64,000 nt of DNA, taken from Lachnospiraceae bacterium (lineage in GTDB: Bacteria; Bacillota; Clostridia; Lachnospirales; Lachnospiraceae). Under the pieces are notes generated by a model, which was not told where the DNA came from, searched no databases, and worked only from the letters and a program-made list of their open reading frames with translations. The translations under genes were made by a program, and so were the position numbers. Where the stretch lies: positions 32,441-96,440 of the forward strand of contig JAFSLV010000028.1 of NCBI GenBank assembly GCA_017448245.1. The letters run 5' to 3'. How positions within the stretch are numbered: the stretch's first letter is position 1; every line of letters begins with the position of its first letter. Of this stretch, positions 1-10,179 are shown one piece after another.

Positions 1-2
1 AC

Positions 3-416
3 GTCGTCTCCGATCGTGATACGTCCCAGTACCATCGCGCCGGTGCCGACCCAGACATTGTCACCGAGCACGGGCGATCCCTTTTTTTCTCCGCGCATGA
101 CGCGTCCCAGGGTACAGTTCTTGCTCAGGTTGCAGTTTTTCCCGATCACGCAGTCCTCTTCCACATTGATGCCGTGGCCGTGTCCGAGATAGAGGCCGTC
201 GCCGATCCGGTCGGTCAGAATCGTCAACCCGTACTTTCTGTCAAAACGGATCTGGCGCAGCGCATACCATCTGCGGAGAAACCCTCCGGATACCCGTTGT
301 CTTTTGCGTAAAAACCGGAGATACTGCAGCTCGTGACTGAAGAGCGTATGCTTCCATACGCCCGTATCCGTTCCGTATGCGCGGAAATGATCCGCCGCAA
401 AGCCGCTCCTTGCCAT
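3..416 (-). CDS. Serine O-acetyltransferase-like left-handed beta-helix acyltransferase (3' end runs off the window)
   Basis: Not in the ORF track. Manual translation from ATG 416 gives MARSGFAADHF...IGDGLYLGHGHGINVEEDCVIGKNCNLSKNCTLG...SPVLGDNVWVGTGAMVLGRITIGDD, with CysE/LbH hexapeptide repeats. Confidence 0.8.
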   Translation of the reverse strand, partial: MARSGFAADHFRAYGTDTGVWKHTLFSHELQYLRFLRKRQRVSGGFLRRWYALRQIRFDRKYGLTILTDRIGDGLYLGHGHGINVEEDCVIGKNCNLSKNCTLGRVMRGEKKGSPVLGDNVWVGTGAMVLGRITIGDD

Positions 417-433
417 CGCAGGATCCCTTCCTC

Positions 434-1492
434 TCAGACCGCTTCTCGCGCCGCTTTTTCGCGCTTTGCTTTTTTGCGGTCATGCGCTGCCATGATGCGG
501 ATGAGCTCCTCATAGCTCGTGGCCTGCGGATTCCATCCGAGTTTTTCTTTTGCCTTTGTCGGATCTCCCCAGAGATTGTCGACATCGGTCGGCCGCATCC
601 ACTGTGCGTTGACGGTGACGATCACGCGGCCCGTCGCGGCATCGATTCCTTTTTCGTCAGCGCCTTCGCCTTCCCAGCGGAGCGTGATTCCGTTTTCCTT
701 AAAGGCACGCTCCGTAAAATCGCGCACCGTATGCTGCTCCCCGGTCGCAACGACATAATCGTCCGGCTCCTCCTGCTGCAGCATGAGCCACATGCACTCC
801 ACATAGTCTCTGGCATATCCCCAGTCGCGCCTGGAATCGAGATTGCCCAGCTCCAGTGTCTCCTGCAGCCCTTCCGCGATGCGCCCGGCAGCCAGCGTGA
901 TCTTTCTCGTGACAAAGGTCTCGCCCCTGCGCTCCGATTCGTGATTGAAGAGGATTCCGTTACAGGCATACATCCCGTAGGCCGCGCGGTATTCTTTGAC
1001 GATCCAGAAGCCGTACTGCTTGGCGACAGCATAGGGACTGTAGGGATGAAAGGGCGTCTTTTCCGACTGCGGTACCTCCTCGACGCGTCCGTAGAGCTCC
1101 GAGGTCGAGGCCTGATAGACCTTGGTCTTTTTGGTGAGTCCGAGGATCCGCACCGCCTCGAGCACGCGCAGGACACCCAGCGCGTCCGCCTCGCCCGTGT
1201 ACTCCGACGACTCAAACGACACGTGTACGTGCGACTGTGCGGCGAGATTGTAGATCTCGTCCGGCTGCACCTCCCCGACCGCGCGGATGAGCGACGTACC
1301 GTCCGTGAGATCCCCGTCATGCAGCACGATCCTGTTTTGCTCCAGCAGATGGTCGATGCGTCCGGTGTTGGACAGCGACGTCCTGCGGATGAGTCCGTGT
1401 ACCTCATACTCCTTTTCGAGCAGAAATTCGGCCAGATACGAACCGTCCTGCCCGGTGATTCCCGTAATCAGCGCTTTCTTTTTTTCAGCCAT
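434..1492 (-). CDS. gmd: GDP-mannose 4,6-dehydratase
   Basis: [55 protein letters not shown] motifs. Confidence 0.97.
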   Translation of the reverse strand: MAEKKKALITGITGQDGSYLAEFLLEKEYEVHGLIRRTSLSNTGRIDHLLEQNRIVLHDGDLTDGTSLIRAVGEVQPDEIYNLAAQSHVHVSFESSEYTGEADALGVLRVLEAVRILGLTKKTKVYQASTSELYGRVEEVPQSEKTPFHPYSPYAVAKQYGFWIVKEYRAAYGMYACNGILFNHESERRGETFVTRKITLAAGRIAEGLQETLELGNLDSRRDWGYARDYVECMWLMLQQEEPDDYVVATGEQHTVRDFTERAFKENGITLRWEGEGADEKGIDAATGRVIVTVNAQWMRPTDVDNLWGDPTKAKEKLGWNPQATSYEELIRIMAAHDRKKAKREKAAREAV

Positions 1493-1531
1493 GTCACTCC
1501 CTTTTTCCCGCCCGCCGCCTGCGGGCGCCCC

Positions 1532-2521
1532 CTATAAATAGCGCTCCATGCGCCTGAGTTCTTTTTCGGAAAACGCGTGCATCACGTACGGATTGTCCGT
1601 ATACGGTGTGCGCGCCACCGTTTCCGCCGTACGGTGCAGCGTCGAAAGGATCTGCGCGTCCATGTCTTCGGACAAAAGCCCCGCCTTATGATAGACCGCA
1701 TACAGCTGCAGCGCCTTGGACAGGCGCTTGTAATAAAAGGCCTCCGCGCCCAGACGCAGCGCCTCGTAATCCTCGAGCGCGCTCAGGCGCCCGAAGGCCG
1801 AAATCGCGCAGGAAACAAAAATCCCGAACGGCTTCATCATGTCGCCGACATCGGCGCCGAGCTTTTTCTTGCGGTTTTCCTTGCGTACATAGAGCGGCTG
1901 CATCAGCACATTGACGCTCTGTGCGCGGCAGATGAGCTCCGCGAGGAAATCCTCGTCCTCGCTCGTGACATGCTCCCTTGTGCGCACCCTGGGATCCTCG
2001 ATCAGGTCTCTTTTGATGAGCCTCGTGAAGAGAACTCCGATCTCCGTGAGCAGATCCTGTTTTTTTCCGGCATCGAGCGTACCCGCATACGGTTCGGGCG
2101 TTGCGAGCACCGCCTGCTGCGTGTCCTCGTAATACAGGGGCGAATCGACGATATCGTAGAATACGCCTCCCTCCGTCGCCTTTTCGTACAGCCTCTCGTA
2201 GAACGTGACATCCACGATGTCGTCACAGTCCGCAAAGCCGATATAGGCGCCCCTTGCGGCATCCATGCCGGCATTTCTGGCCCCGCCCGGCCCCGCGTGC
2301 TCTTCGAGGTGGATGACGCGGATGCGTCCCGGAAACTGCGCATAAAAGGAGTCCAGCAGCGCCCCGGTTCCGTCCGTCGAGCAGTCGTCGACGAGGATGA
2401 GCTCCATCACCTCCTCGCCGTAGCGTTCAAAAAAAGACTGGTAGACCAGATTGCCAAAGGTCTCCGTAATGACATCCTGTGCGTTATAAACGGGTACGAT
2501 TACCGAAATGAGCGGTTCCAT
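1532..2521 (-). CDS. GT2 family glycosyltransferase
   Basis: ISVIVPVYN, LVDDCSTD, ARNAGM, FADCDD motifs. Confidence 0.9.
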   Translation of the reverse strand: MEPLISVIVPVYNAQDVITETFGNLVYQSFFERYGEEVMELILVDDCSTDGTGALLDSFYAQFPGRIRVIHLEEHAGPGGARNAGMDAARGAYIGFADCDDIVDVTFYERLYEKATEGGVFYDIVDSPLYYEDTQQAVLATPEPYAGTLDAGKKQDLLTEIGVLFTRLIKRDLIEDPRVRTREHVTSEDEDFLAELICRAQSVNVLMQPLYVRKENRKKKLGADVGDMMKPFGIFVSCAISAFGRLSALEDYEALRLGAEAFYYKRLSKALQLYAVYHKAGLLSEDMDAQILSTLHRTAETVARTPYTDNPYVMHAFSEKELRRMERYL

Positions 2522-2528
2522 GGCGACT

Positions 2529-2537
2529 ATTATAACA
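2529..2537 (-). promoter_or_regulatory. Extended -10 promoter (TGtTATAAT) 7 nt before ATG 2521; probable leaderless transcript
   Basis: Minus strand reads tgtTATAATagtcgccATG, with no SD. Confidence 0.6.
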
Positions 2538-2585
2538 TAAATACCTTATTTTATACATCCCGAAAAGGGGGAGGAAATCGAACGT

Positions 2586-4169
2586 TTATTTGTGTGATGT
2601 GACGGCCGTAACCGCCGCTTTTAAGACCAGATTGACCAGCAGAATCATGACGGAGACAAAGGCCGCACTCTCCATGAGCAGCTGCGCCTCAAACTGCGTG
2701 ATCATGAGCGCGACGGGCTTTGGCGAGGGCGGTGCGAGAAACGATACCGCGGAAATCGTCATCATCGAATTGACAAAGAAAAACGCGAACATCTCGAGTA
2801 ACGTCATGCGTACCTTGGGCACAATCACGTCGCAGATGATCCGCAGCCTGGCGATTCCGAGGCTCCTTCCCACTGCTTCGAGATGCTCGTTGACCTTGAC
2901 GAGGGAGTTGTACATCATCAGATAGGGCGAGGCAAAAAAGTGGACCGTGTTGACCATGAGGATGAGCACGACCGTGCCGTAGATGACGCGTCCCGAAAAA
3001 AAGATCACGTAGGAAAGACCGAGAACCAGACCGGGAATCGCCATCGCGGACATCGAAAGCAGATGCAGTGCCCGCGAAAAACGGCTCCTGACGCGTGCGG
3101 TCATATAGGCACACACAAAGGCGACCAGCGTCCCGAGGAGTCCGGTGAGTACCGCATAGAGCAGAGAGTTTTTCAGATACGTGAGCGCGCCCCGGTTGAT
3201 CGTCTTTTCGATGTGATAGAGCGTAAAGGCCGGATTGACCGGATACTTGGTCGCAAAGACCATCAGGCAGAAGGATACGATCGGCGCGATGACAAAGACC
3301 CCGAGCAGGGAGCAAAAGCAAAAAGCGAGCAGATCCCTGCCGCCCTGCTTTTCGGGTATGACGGGTGTTGTCACAAAGGCGCTCTGCGCGTCCTCCGGAT
3401 GCAGCACGTCCACGACAAAGGCGATGACCGCGGGAATCAGAAGCAGTACGCCGATTGCGCTGCCCTGCCCGTAATCGAGCATACCGACCGCACGGTTGTA
3501 CATGAGGACGGAGAGCGTGATCTCCTTTCCGCCGATGAGGAGCGGTACGCCGTAGTCCGTCATGATCATGCTGAAGACCGCAAAGAACACGGAGATCATG
3601 GTCTTTCGCAAAAAGGGCAGCGTGATCGCAAAAAACCTGTCTCTTCCGGAGATCCCGAGCACCTTCGCCGCCTGATACGGCGAAGCGTCCTCGTAGCGCA
3701 GTATTCCCGTAAACATCAACAGCGCCACCGGAAACGCGTACATCACGGAACCCGCGATGATCCCCGCATAACCGTAGATCCCGCTGCGCAGCCCGAGGAG
3801 TCTCGTGACCAGACCGTTGGTGCCAAAGAGCGCGACCAGGCCGAATGCGTGTGAGATCGAGGGGATGAGCATCGGCACGACGAGGAGCATCCGGAAGAAC
3901 GCCTTTCCCTTCATCGCCGTGCGCTCCAGGGCAAACGCCGCCGCCATCGACAGCGCCATCGTCACGACGGTTGCGAGAAAGGAGGTGACGAGCGAATTGA
4001 CAAGTGCCTGTGAAAATTGCGGAGAGGCAGCCAGCGACGAGACTTTTTCCGGCGTGATGCGCGCAAACATGCGCAGAATCGGAAATGCGACACCGGTCAG
4101 AAAAAACAGGGCGATCGAGATCTGTATCACGCGCTGCGCGATATTCTTTTCCCTGCGATATGCGCTCAT
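2586..4169 (-). CDS. ABC transporter permease with two BPD_transp_1 repeats (FbpB/PhnU-like)
   Basis: Hydrophobic, with two EAA-like loops (YQAAKVLG, EAVGRSLG). Confidence 0.88.
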   Translation of the reverse strand: MSAYRREKNIAQRVIQISIALFFLTGVAFPILRMFARITPEKVSSLAASPQFSQALVNSLVTSFLATVVTMALSMAAAFALERTAMKGKAFFRMLLVVPMLIPSISHAFGLVALFGTNGLVTRLLGLRSGIYGYAGIIAGSVMYAFPVALLMFTGILRYEDASPYQAAKVLGISGRDRFFAITLPFLRKTMISVFFAVFSMIMTDYGVPLLIGGKEITLSVLMYNRAVGMLDYGQGSAIGVLLLIPAVIAFVVDVLHPEDAQSAFVTTPVIPEKQGGRDLLAFCFCSLLGVFVIAPIVSFCLMVFATKYPVNPAFTLYHIEKTINRGALTYLKNSLLYAVLTGLLGTLVAFVCAYMTARVRSRFSRALHLLSMSAMAIPGLVLGLSYVIFFSGRVIYGTVVLILMVNTVHFFASPYLMMYNSLVKVNEHLEAVGRSLGIARLRIICDVIVPKVRMTLLEMFAFFFVNSMMTISAVSFLAPPSPKPVALMITQFEAQLLMESAAFVSVMILLVNLVLKAAVTAVTSHK

Positions 4170-4981
4170 GTCGCATCCTTTGCGTAAGGAGCGGCGTGCG
4201 CGATCACTTTTTCAAAGCGCGAGAGCGAATCGATCTTGGCCTTGAGATTGTCGAGCACAAAGGTCTGCACGTATTCGTCCGCCGGATGTGCACAGATCTC
4301 TTCCGGCGTGTCGATCTGCGCGATGCGTCCCTCGTCAAGGATCATGATGCGGTCCGAAAGCGCAAAAGCCTCCTCCTGATCATGCGTGACATAGATCATC
4401 GTGGTGCCGAATCGTTCCTGCAGGCGCTTGAGCTCCGCGCGCATGCTGAGCCTCGTCGCCGCGTCGAGTGCGCTCATCGGCTCGTCAAAGAGCACGATGT
4501 CAGGCTGTAAGGCAAGCGTCCTCGCGATCGCGACACGCTGCTGCTGCCCGCCGGAGAGCCTGGCCGGCATACGCTTCATATACTCCTTTAATCCGACCGC
4601 TTCGAGCATCTGCTGCGCGATGTCGTCCGCCCTGTCCCTGGTTTCCTTTTTTCTGCGCAGGGCATAGGCGACGTTGTCGAACACGTTCATATTTTCAAAG
4701 AGTGCGTAGTTCTGGAAGACGATGCCCATGCCGCGTTTGTCGGGCGGTGCGTGCGTGATGTCCCTGCCGTCCTTTTCGATCGTCCCCGTATCGGGCGCAA
4801 GGAGCCCGATCAGGATGCGCAACAGCGTCGTCTTCCCGCAACCCGAAGGGCCGAGCAGGGACAAGAATTCCCCGTCGGCCACTTCAAAGCTGACCTGCCG
4901 CAGGACACCGTGCGCATCAAACTGTTTGGAGATGTCCCGCGCCTGTAATTTTGTTTTCTTCCCGTTTACGAGAACGTCCAT
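4166..4981 (-). CDS. ABC transporter ATP-binding protein (PotA/FbpC/PhnT-like)
   Basis: GPSGCGKTT, LSGGQQQRVAIAR, LLFDEP-type Walker B (VLFDEP). Confidence 0.95.
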   Translation of the reverse strand: MDVLVNGKKTKLQARDISKQFDAHGVLRQVSFEVADGEFLSLLGPSGCGKTTLLRILIGLLAPDTGTIEKDGRDITHAPPDKRGMGIVFQNYALFENMNVFDNVAYALRRKKETRDRADDIAQQMLEAVGLKEYMKRMPARLSGGQQQRVAIARTLALQPDIVLFDEPMSALDAATRLSMRAELKRLQERFGTTMIYVTHDQEEAFALSDRIMILDEGRIAQIDTPEEICAHPADEYVQTFVLDNLKAKIDSLSRFEKVIAHAAPYAKDAT

Positions 4982-5997
4982 CGGGCAAGGAGTCTTTCTT
5001 TTTCTTCACGCGTGTCTCCGGACATGTCACCGTAGTCGATGTTTTTCGGGAAGCCCTCGACCTCCGGTGCAAAATCCTTGAAGATCTGGTCCGGAAAATA
5101 CATTTCATTGTTCTGTCTGCACAGGTCTGTTGCAAGATATTCGAAAACCTCGCGTACTGCCGGACGGTCCGCACTTTTCGCCATCATCGCGTTGCCGTAC
5201 ATGCTGAAGGGCGAACCTTCCTCAAAGAAGAGAATCTCGAGATCGACTCCCTGTGAGATCTCGACCACCGCCTGGCTCGTCATGCCGAGTCCGATCGCGA
5301 CTTCCCCCTGCACGAGTGCATTGACGGGGCCGGAACCGGAGGAGGTGTACTGGAGGATGTTTTCGGTGAGCTGTTCAAAATACGCAAACGCTTCCTCCTC
5401 TCCCCATTCGTTGACGAGCTGTTTCAAAAACATATATCCCGTGCCGCTCGACGCCGGAGAAGGCATGGAGATCAGGCCTTTGTACTGCGGATCAAGCAGG
5501 TCCTCATAGGACACAGGTACCGGCAGTCCCCTGTCCGCAAGCACCTGCGGATTGATGATGATGCAGCCTCCGTTTTTGACCTCGGGCGTGAATTTATGAT
5601 TGTCCGGCACGATATCATCCAGAAACTGCGAGAAATCAAAATCATCGAGTGTTGCCAGATGATCCTCCATCATGTAAAGATAGCCGTACTCCTCCGAGCA
5701 GATGATATCCACCTGTGCACTGTCGCCTTCCTCGGAGACCTTGGCTGCCATCGAGGAGGAACTCATGTATTCAAGTGTGATGTTATACTCCGGAAACTTC
5801 TCACGCAGGCTGTTCAGATAGGTCTCGTTCTTATAATCCTCACCGCTCGTCCAGATGATGATATCCGTATTTTCTCCGGCGGATGCACTTCCCTGCGACG
5901 CTCCCGCACCGCTGCCTGTGGCACCCTGTGAACAACCCGCCAGCAGTCCCGCCGTCATCAACAGTAAAAGCACACGTGCTATACGATTCTTTTTCAT
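4966..5997 (-). CDS. ABC transporter substrate-binding lipoprotein (Fe3+/phosphonate/polyamine class)
   Basis: Lipobox LLAGC; PSPASSGTGY motif typical of SBP_bac_6/8. Confidence 0.88.
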   Translation of the reverse strand: MKKNRIARVLLLLMTAGLLAGCSQGATGSGAGASQGSASAGENTDIIIWTSGEDYKNETYLNSLREKFPEYNITLEYMSSSSMAAKVSEEGDSAQVDIICSEEYGYLYMMEDHLATLDDFDFSQFLDDIVPDNHKFTPEVKNGGCIIINPQVLADRGLPVPVSYEDLLDPQYKGLISMPSPASSGTGYMFLKQLVNEWGEEEAFAYFEQLTENILQYTSSGSGPVNALVQGEVAIGLGMTSQAVVEISQGVDLEILFFEEGSPFSMYGNAMMAKSADRPAVREVFEYLATDLCRQNNEMYFPDQIFKDFAPEVEGFPKNIDYGDMSGDTREEKERLLARWTFS

Positions 5998-6059
5998 ATC
6001 GGCTCCTTTGTCTTTGTCCGTTCCTTAAGGACATCCGTTGTCCTGTAAGGGCTCCTTTG

Positions 6060-6962
6060 TTATACATCGTATGTTTTATCAATTGCTTTCAATTCACGGA
6101 ATGTGTCGATCTCTATCAGATCCTCATCCGTGCATGTGCGGATCTCCACATTGTAATGATCCTTGCGGTACACGAGCGGCACCTGCTCCCAATAGCGTTC
6201 TTTGCCGCCGGGCGAGGCATATACCTCCGCAATGTCCGCGCTCAGCCGGTGTCCGTCCGCCTCGTTCCAGTAAGAGATCCCTACCATCTGGAAGAGATCC
6301 GGCCCCGTACCGCCGACCGATTCCTCCACAATGATGCCGTTTTTGGTTTTGACGCACCAGTCGTCCGTTCTGTCTCTTGCTATGCCGAGATAATTGGAAG
6401 CATACTGGTATTTGCGGATAACCCTCGGATTGGATATCACAAAGTCCGCCTCCAGCACATACGCATCGGACAGCATATACCTCGCGACCATCGCGCTTGC
6501 GATATTATTGGCCTCATTGTAGAGCGGATTCTCCAGAAAACGGATCATCGGATACTTGTAGAGGAGCTGGTCAAACTGCTCCGCAAGATACCCGCGGACG
6601 ATGTAGATCTCTCCGATCCCCGCGGCGAGCACCGCGTCGAGCAGACCGTCGATGATGCGCTCTCCGTGTACGCGCACCAGGGGCTTTGGCGTATTAAAGG
6701 TAATCGGCACGAGTCTCGTTCCAAAGCCCGCCGCGATAAAGACCGCGCGTTTGGCCCGGTACGGCTCGAGTGCCGCGAGCCCTTCCCCGGTGATCGTGCC
6801 TTTTTGCACATAGTGCAGGTCCGTCAGCTCCTTCACCGTGCGGTTGATCGTCCCGAGAGAAAGCGAAAGCTTCTTTTCGAGATCCCGCTGGGTGAGCGGC
6901 GCATCCGCCTGCGTCATGGCTTCGAGCACATCAAATTGTTTTCTTGTCAGCGTCCCTTGCAT
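6060..6962 (-). CDS. Winged-HTH fused to a LicC/PntC-like cytidylyltransferase
   Basis: N-terminal LTQRDLEKKLSLSLGTINRTVKEL HTH; AAGFGTRLVPITFNTPKPL NTP-transferase signature. Confidence 0.85.
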   Translation of the reverse strand: MQGTLTRKQFDVLEAMTQADAPLTQRDLEKKLSLSLGTINRTVKELTDLHYVQKGTITGEGLAALEPYRAKRAVFIAAGFGTRLVPITFNTPKPLVRVHGERIIDGLLDAVLAAGIGEIYIVRGYLAEQFDQLLYKYPMIRFLENPLYNEANNIASAMVARYMLSDAYVLEADFVISNPRVIRKYQYASNYLGIARDRTDDWCVKTKNGIIVEESVGGTGPDLFQMVGISYWNEADGHRLSADIAEVYASPGGKERYWEQVPLVYRKDHYNVEIRTCTDEDLIEIDTFRELKAIDKTYDV

Positions 6963-7023
6963 GGATCCTCCGCATTGTCACATCGCACGCCGCGCGTCCC
7001 GGCCGGATACGTCGCATGGCGCG

Positions 7024-7069
7024 ATGTTCAATATGCGTATCATTATACTACGTTTTTGAACATTGTCAA
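7024..7069 (-). promoter_or_regulatory. Sigma-70 promoter TTGACA-N16-TATAAT with overlapping inverted repeat ATGTTCAA-N24-TTGAACAT
   Basis: -35 at 7064-7069, -10 at 7042-7047; repeat arms at 7024-7031 and 7056-7063. Confidence 0.8.
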
Positions 7070-7114
7070 GAAGGAGATAAGGATCGGGAATTCTCCGGGA
7101 AAGCCGGCGTGTTT

Positions 7115-9049
7115 CTACAGAACCGCCTCGATCATGACGGGTATTTTTTGCAGTCTGCAGCGATGTGCGAGAACGGAGGCGTCCCCGTAGAAGGCATCGA
7201 TTCCGGACAGGTCCGGCGGCAGGTCTTTTGTTTCAATGATCTCTCCGATATCCGCTTTTTGGAACTGCTCCCTGACGGACGCAAAGGACGCGGCGAGCGC
7301 CCCGTCCATCCTGTCAAGCTCCCGCAGGGCAGGATGCGGCACAAGGAGGACACGGATGCGGTCCGCGTGCGCACGGAAGATGTCGATCGTATCGAGATAT
7401 TTGTCGATAGCCCGTGTGCCGTTTGCCAGAAGAAAGGCAATCGTCAGATGCCACAGCAGTGTTTTCCTGCGGGGCGGCCGCGCATCTTCCGGCTGCCGGT
7501 CCCCGGCTTCCGCATCCGGCTGCTCCTTTGCGGTCGCAAAAAACGCCTCCGGTGTCGTACAGACACAGACCTCCTCCCAGCGCGCACGGGTCTCTTCTCC
7601 CGCAAGCCTTGTCAGCGTATCGATATAGATCCCGCGCATCGTTTCATCGGGCAGAAGGATCCGGTCTGCCTGTGCGGATGCCGGCTGTTCGATCAGGACG
7701 GAGAGCGCAGACAACGCCTTGCCGTCCCCCTCCTCCGGTGTATAGAGATCATGGCAGGGGATACAGACGAGCTGCCCCGCAAGCTGCCTCAGGCGTGATG
7801 ACACAAAAAAGTCCGGCAGCGTCACGGCATTGCAATCCGTATCATACGGATCCTGGATAAAGATCATGTCCGGCCGGTGCGCGCCGAAATCATAGGCTGC
7901 GGCATCGGTCAGCGGGATATCTTCCGAAAAAAGATCCGCCTCTTTGACAATCTGCGGATCGCTCCCGTCCGGTCCGTAGGCGATGTAGGGAGGCACGATC
8001 ACGACGACATGACAGTCTCTGTCCGCGGATGCCTCCCGGTAATACGGTTCCATGGTCTTCCACCAGTCCGCACGAACGGGAAGAAAGACGATTTCTTTTT
8101 TTTCTCCGTCCCTCTTTTCCGGCACGGAACGTACCGGAGGAAGGGGCGCGCCTTTATCCCAGGTATAGCGCCAGGCGTTTTTTCCGGTCGCACGCCGGAA
8201 GGCCTCCTCCTGTACATCATAAACCGGATACTCGTGGATGCCGCCGCTTTTGACGATGCGCATGTAATCGCCGTATTCGGTTTTCAGTACCTCGTCATAC
8301 CGTGCGGGAACGGGCAGACGTACATGTTCAAAGGGCAGATACACGCGGTGCGCATACCATGCCTTGTCATAGCGGTGATTTCTTTTTTCCACCCAGAAGG
8401 GCATGAGCGCCACATGCGTAGCCGTCGCGGAATCACGGGCCGCAAAGAGACGTTCCGTTTCGAGCATCTTGGCCCTGCAGGTTTTTGCGTCGCCCTTTTT
8501 TGCCGCGGCCTCCGCCTCCTTCATCGACCGGTACGCTTTTTGAGCGCGCTCCTCTTCCGCTTCGTTGTCCTCATAGAGTCCGTCCAGAGGAAAGAGGTCG
8601 ACGCCGACCGTAAAGGGACAGCCGTAAAAGGCGGCCAGATGTTCTTCGCTGTAATCGATGACACGCGCATTGGTGATACGCGGCAGATAATTGGTATATT
8701 CTTTTTCTCCGGAAAGATCGAGCACGCAGTAGCCGGACGGCAGCTCTTTTTTGGCGATCTGCAGGAAACGGTTCATGTCATGGCGCATCATCACGATGTC
8801 CAGATCATCATCCCACGGGATATAGCCTCCATGGCGCACGGCGCCGAGCAACGACCCGTTGTCCGCATACCACGGGATGTCGTGCCTTGCGCAGATCGCG
8901 TCGATCTCCGAAAGCACCCGCAGCTGCGCCGCCCAGTATCGCTTCATCATCTCGGAGACGTAGAAGCCCTCGCGCGATTCGGGACAGAAACAGGACGGAT
9001 TCCGGATATCCTTGATCCCGATGTTGTTCTCCTGAGAATCATCTGCCAT
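7115..9049 (-). CDS. licD: LicD-family phosphotransferase with C-terminal GT-B/TagF-like region
   Basis: GSLLGAVRHGGYIPWDDDLD, VDLFPLD, YGDYM motifs; ATG overlaps the ppd stop (TGATG). Confidence 0.9.
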   Translation of the reverse strand: MADDSQENNIGIKDIRNPSCFCPESREGFYVSEMMKRYWAAQLRVLSEIDAICARHDIPWYADNGSLLGAVRHGGYIPWDDDLDIVMMRHDMNRFLQIAKKELPSGYCVLDLSGEKEYTNYLPRITNARVIDYSEEHLAAFYGCPFTVGVDLFPLDGLYEDNEAEEERAQKAYRSMKEAEAAAKKGDAKTCRAKMLETERLFAARDSATATHVALMPFWVEKRNHRYDKAWYAHRVYLPFEHVRLPVPARYDEVLKTEYGDYMRIVKSGGIHEYPVYDVQEEAFRRATGKNAWRYTWDKGAPLPPVRSVPEKRDGEKKEIVFLPVRADWWKTMEPYYREASADRDCHVVVIVPPYIAYGPDGSDPQIVKEADLFSEDIPLTDAAAYDFGAHRPDMIFIQDPYDTDCNAVTLPDFFVSSRLRQLAGQLVCIPCHDLYTPEEGDGKALSALSVLIEQPASAQADRILLPDETMRGIYIDTLTRLAGEETRARWEEVCVCTTPEAFFATAKEQPDAEAGDRQPEDARPPRRKTLLWHLTIAFLLANGTRAIDKYLDTIDIFRAHADRIRVLLVPHPALRELDRMDGALAASFASVREQFQKADIGEIIETKDLPPDLSGIDAFYGDASVLAHRCRLQKIPVMIEAVL

Positions 9050-10161
9050 CAAAGCATCTCCATAAATGCGTGTTTATTCTCCATGGCGCTTGTCTTCGGT
9101 CTTCCGAGATCCGCGCGCGATCCGATGGCACAGCACACCTCTATGAGCGTCAGTGTATGTGCCTCCTTTGCCTTTCTTACGGCATCCGCCAGCGCTTCCT
9201 CGTCCGCGACACGGACGGTCTTCGGATAACCGCAGGCTGCTGCGATCTCCGCAACGGAACGCCCTCCCATCACCGTCGGCTGTCCGCCGACGGATTCATG
9301 TGCTCCGTTATTGATCACGATATGGATGAGATTGTCCGGATGACAGGACGCGATGACAGGCAGCGCACCCAGGTGCATGAGAGCCGCTCCGTCACCGTCG
9401 ATACACCAGAATCTCTTTTCGGGCTTTGCGATCGCAAGTCCCAGTGCGACCGAGGAGCAATGCCCCATTGAGCCGACCGTCAGAAAATCATGCGCGTGCG
9501 TCTGCCCCGCGGCATCCCGGAGCTCATAGACCTCTCTGCCGGCTTTTCCGGTGGTCGCGATCACCGCATCGTCTCCCGTTTCCGCAAGAATCGTGCGGAT
9601 CGCATCCTCCCGCAGCAGCGTATGCGTATTGGTATATCCCACGGCGGCATCGGCACTGAGTGCACCCTTGCGTACGACAAAGGCCGCACTCTTTCCCTTT
9701 TCAAAGAGTGTCCGGAAGCCCGTCATCACCTCCGCTGCCTGCTCTGTCGTTGTTTCCTTGCCGATGACAAAGGACGCGATCTCCATATCCTCCAGGAGCT
9801 TTACGGTCACCTCTCCCTGAAAGATGTGCTGCGGCTCGTCATGGACCCCGGGCTCCCCTCTCCAGCCGACGATAAAAAGCACGGGAATCCCGTAGACGCG
9901 GTCACTGAGGAGCGAGGCCGCGGGATTGATGATATTGCCCTCGCCGGAGTTTTGCATATAGACGACGGGCACCTGCCCCGTCGCCAGATGACAACCCGCC
10001 GCCAGCGCACAGGCATTTCCTTCATTGGCACAGATCACGTGATGCGCGGGATCCGTGCCGTACATCTCATACAGCGTATCACAGAGCGCCTTCAGCTGTG
10101 AATCGGGCACCCCCGCAAAAAAAGACGCACCGCTCAGTTCGATCAGTTCTTTTGCCTGCAT
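9049..10161 (-). CDS. aepY: Phosphonopyruvate decarboxylase
   Basis: FFAGVPDSQLK, RGEPGVHDEPQH, GSMGH, TPP motif DGDGAALM; adjacent to PEP mutase. Confidence 0.95.
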   Translation of the reverse strand: MQAKELIELSGASFFAGVPDSQLKALCDTLYEMYGTDPAHHVICANEGNACALAAGCHLATGQVPVVYMQNSGEGNIINPAASLLSDRVYGIPVLFIVGWRGEPGVHDEPQHIFQGEVTVKLLEDMEIASFVIGKETTTEQAAEVMTGFRTLFEKGKSAAFVVRKGALSADAAVGYTNTHTLLREDAIRTILAETGDDAVIATTGKAGREVYELRDAAGQTHAHDFLTVGSMGHCSSVALGLAIAKPEKRFWCIDGDGAALMHLGALPVIASCHPDNLIHIVINNGAHESVGGQPTVMGGRSVAEIAAACGYPKTVRVADEEALADAVRKAKEAHTLTLIEVCCAIGSRADLGRPKTSAMENKHAFMEML

Positions 10162-10179
10162 ATCCCTACCCCCGTCTGG

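Noticed and set aside
4166-5997. Calling the ABC system an iron(III) or spermidine transporter
   Set aside because: Family motifs do not fix the substrate, and context favours phosphonate or phospho-amino alcohol; left unassigned
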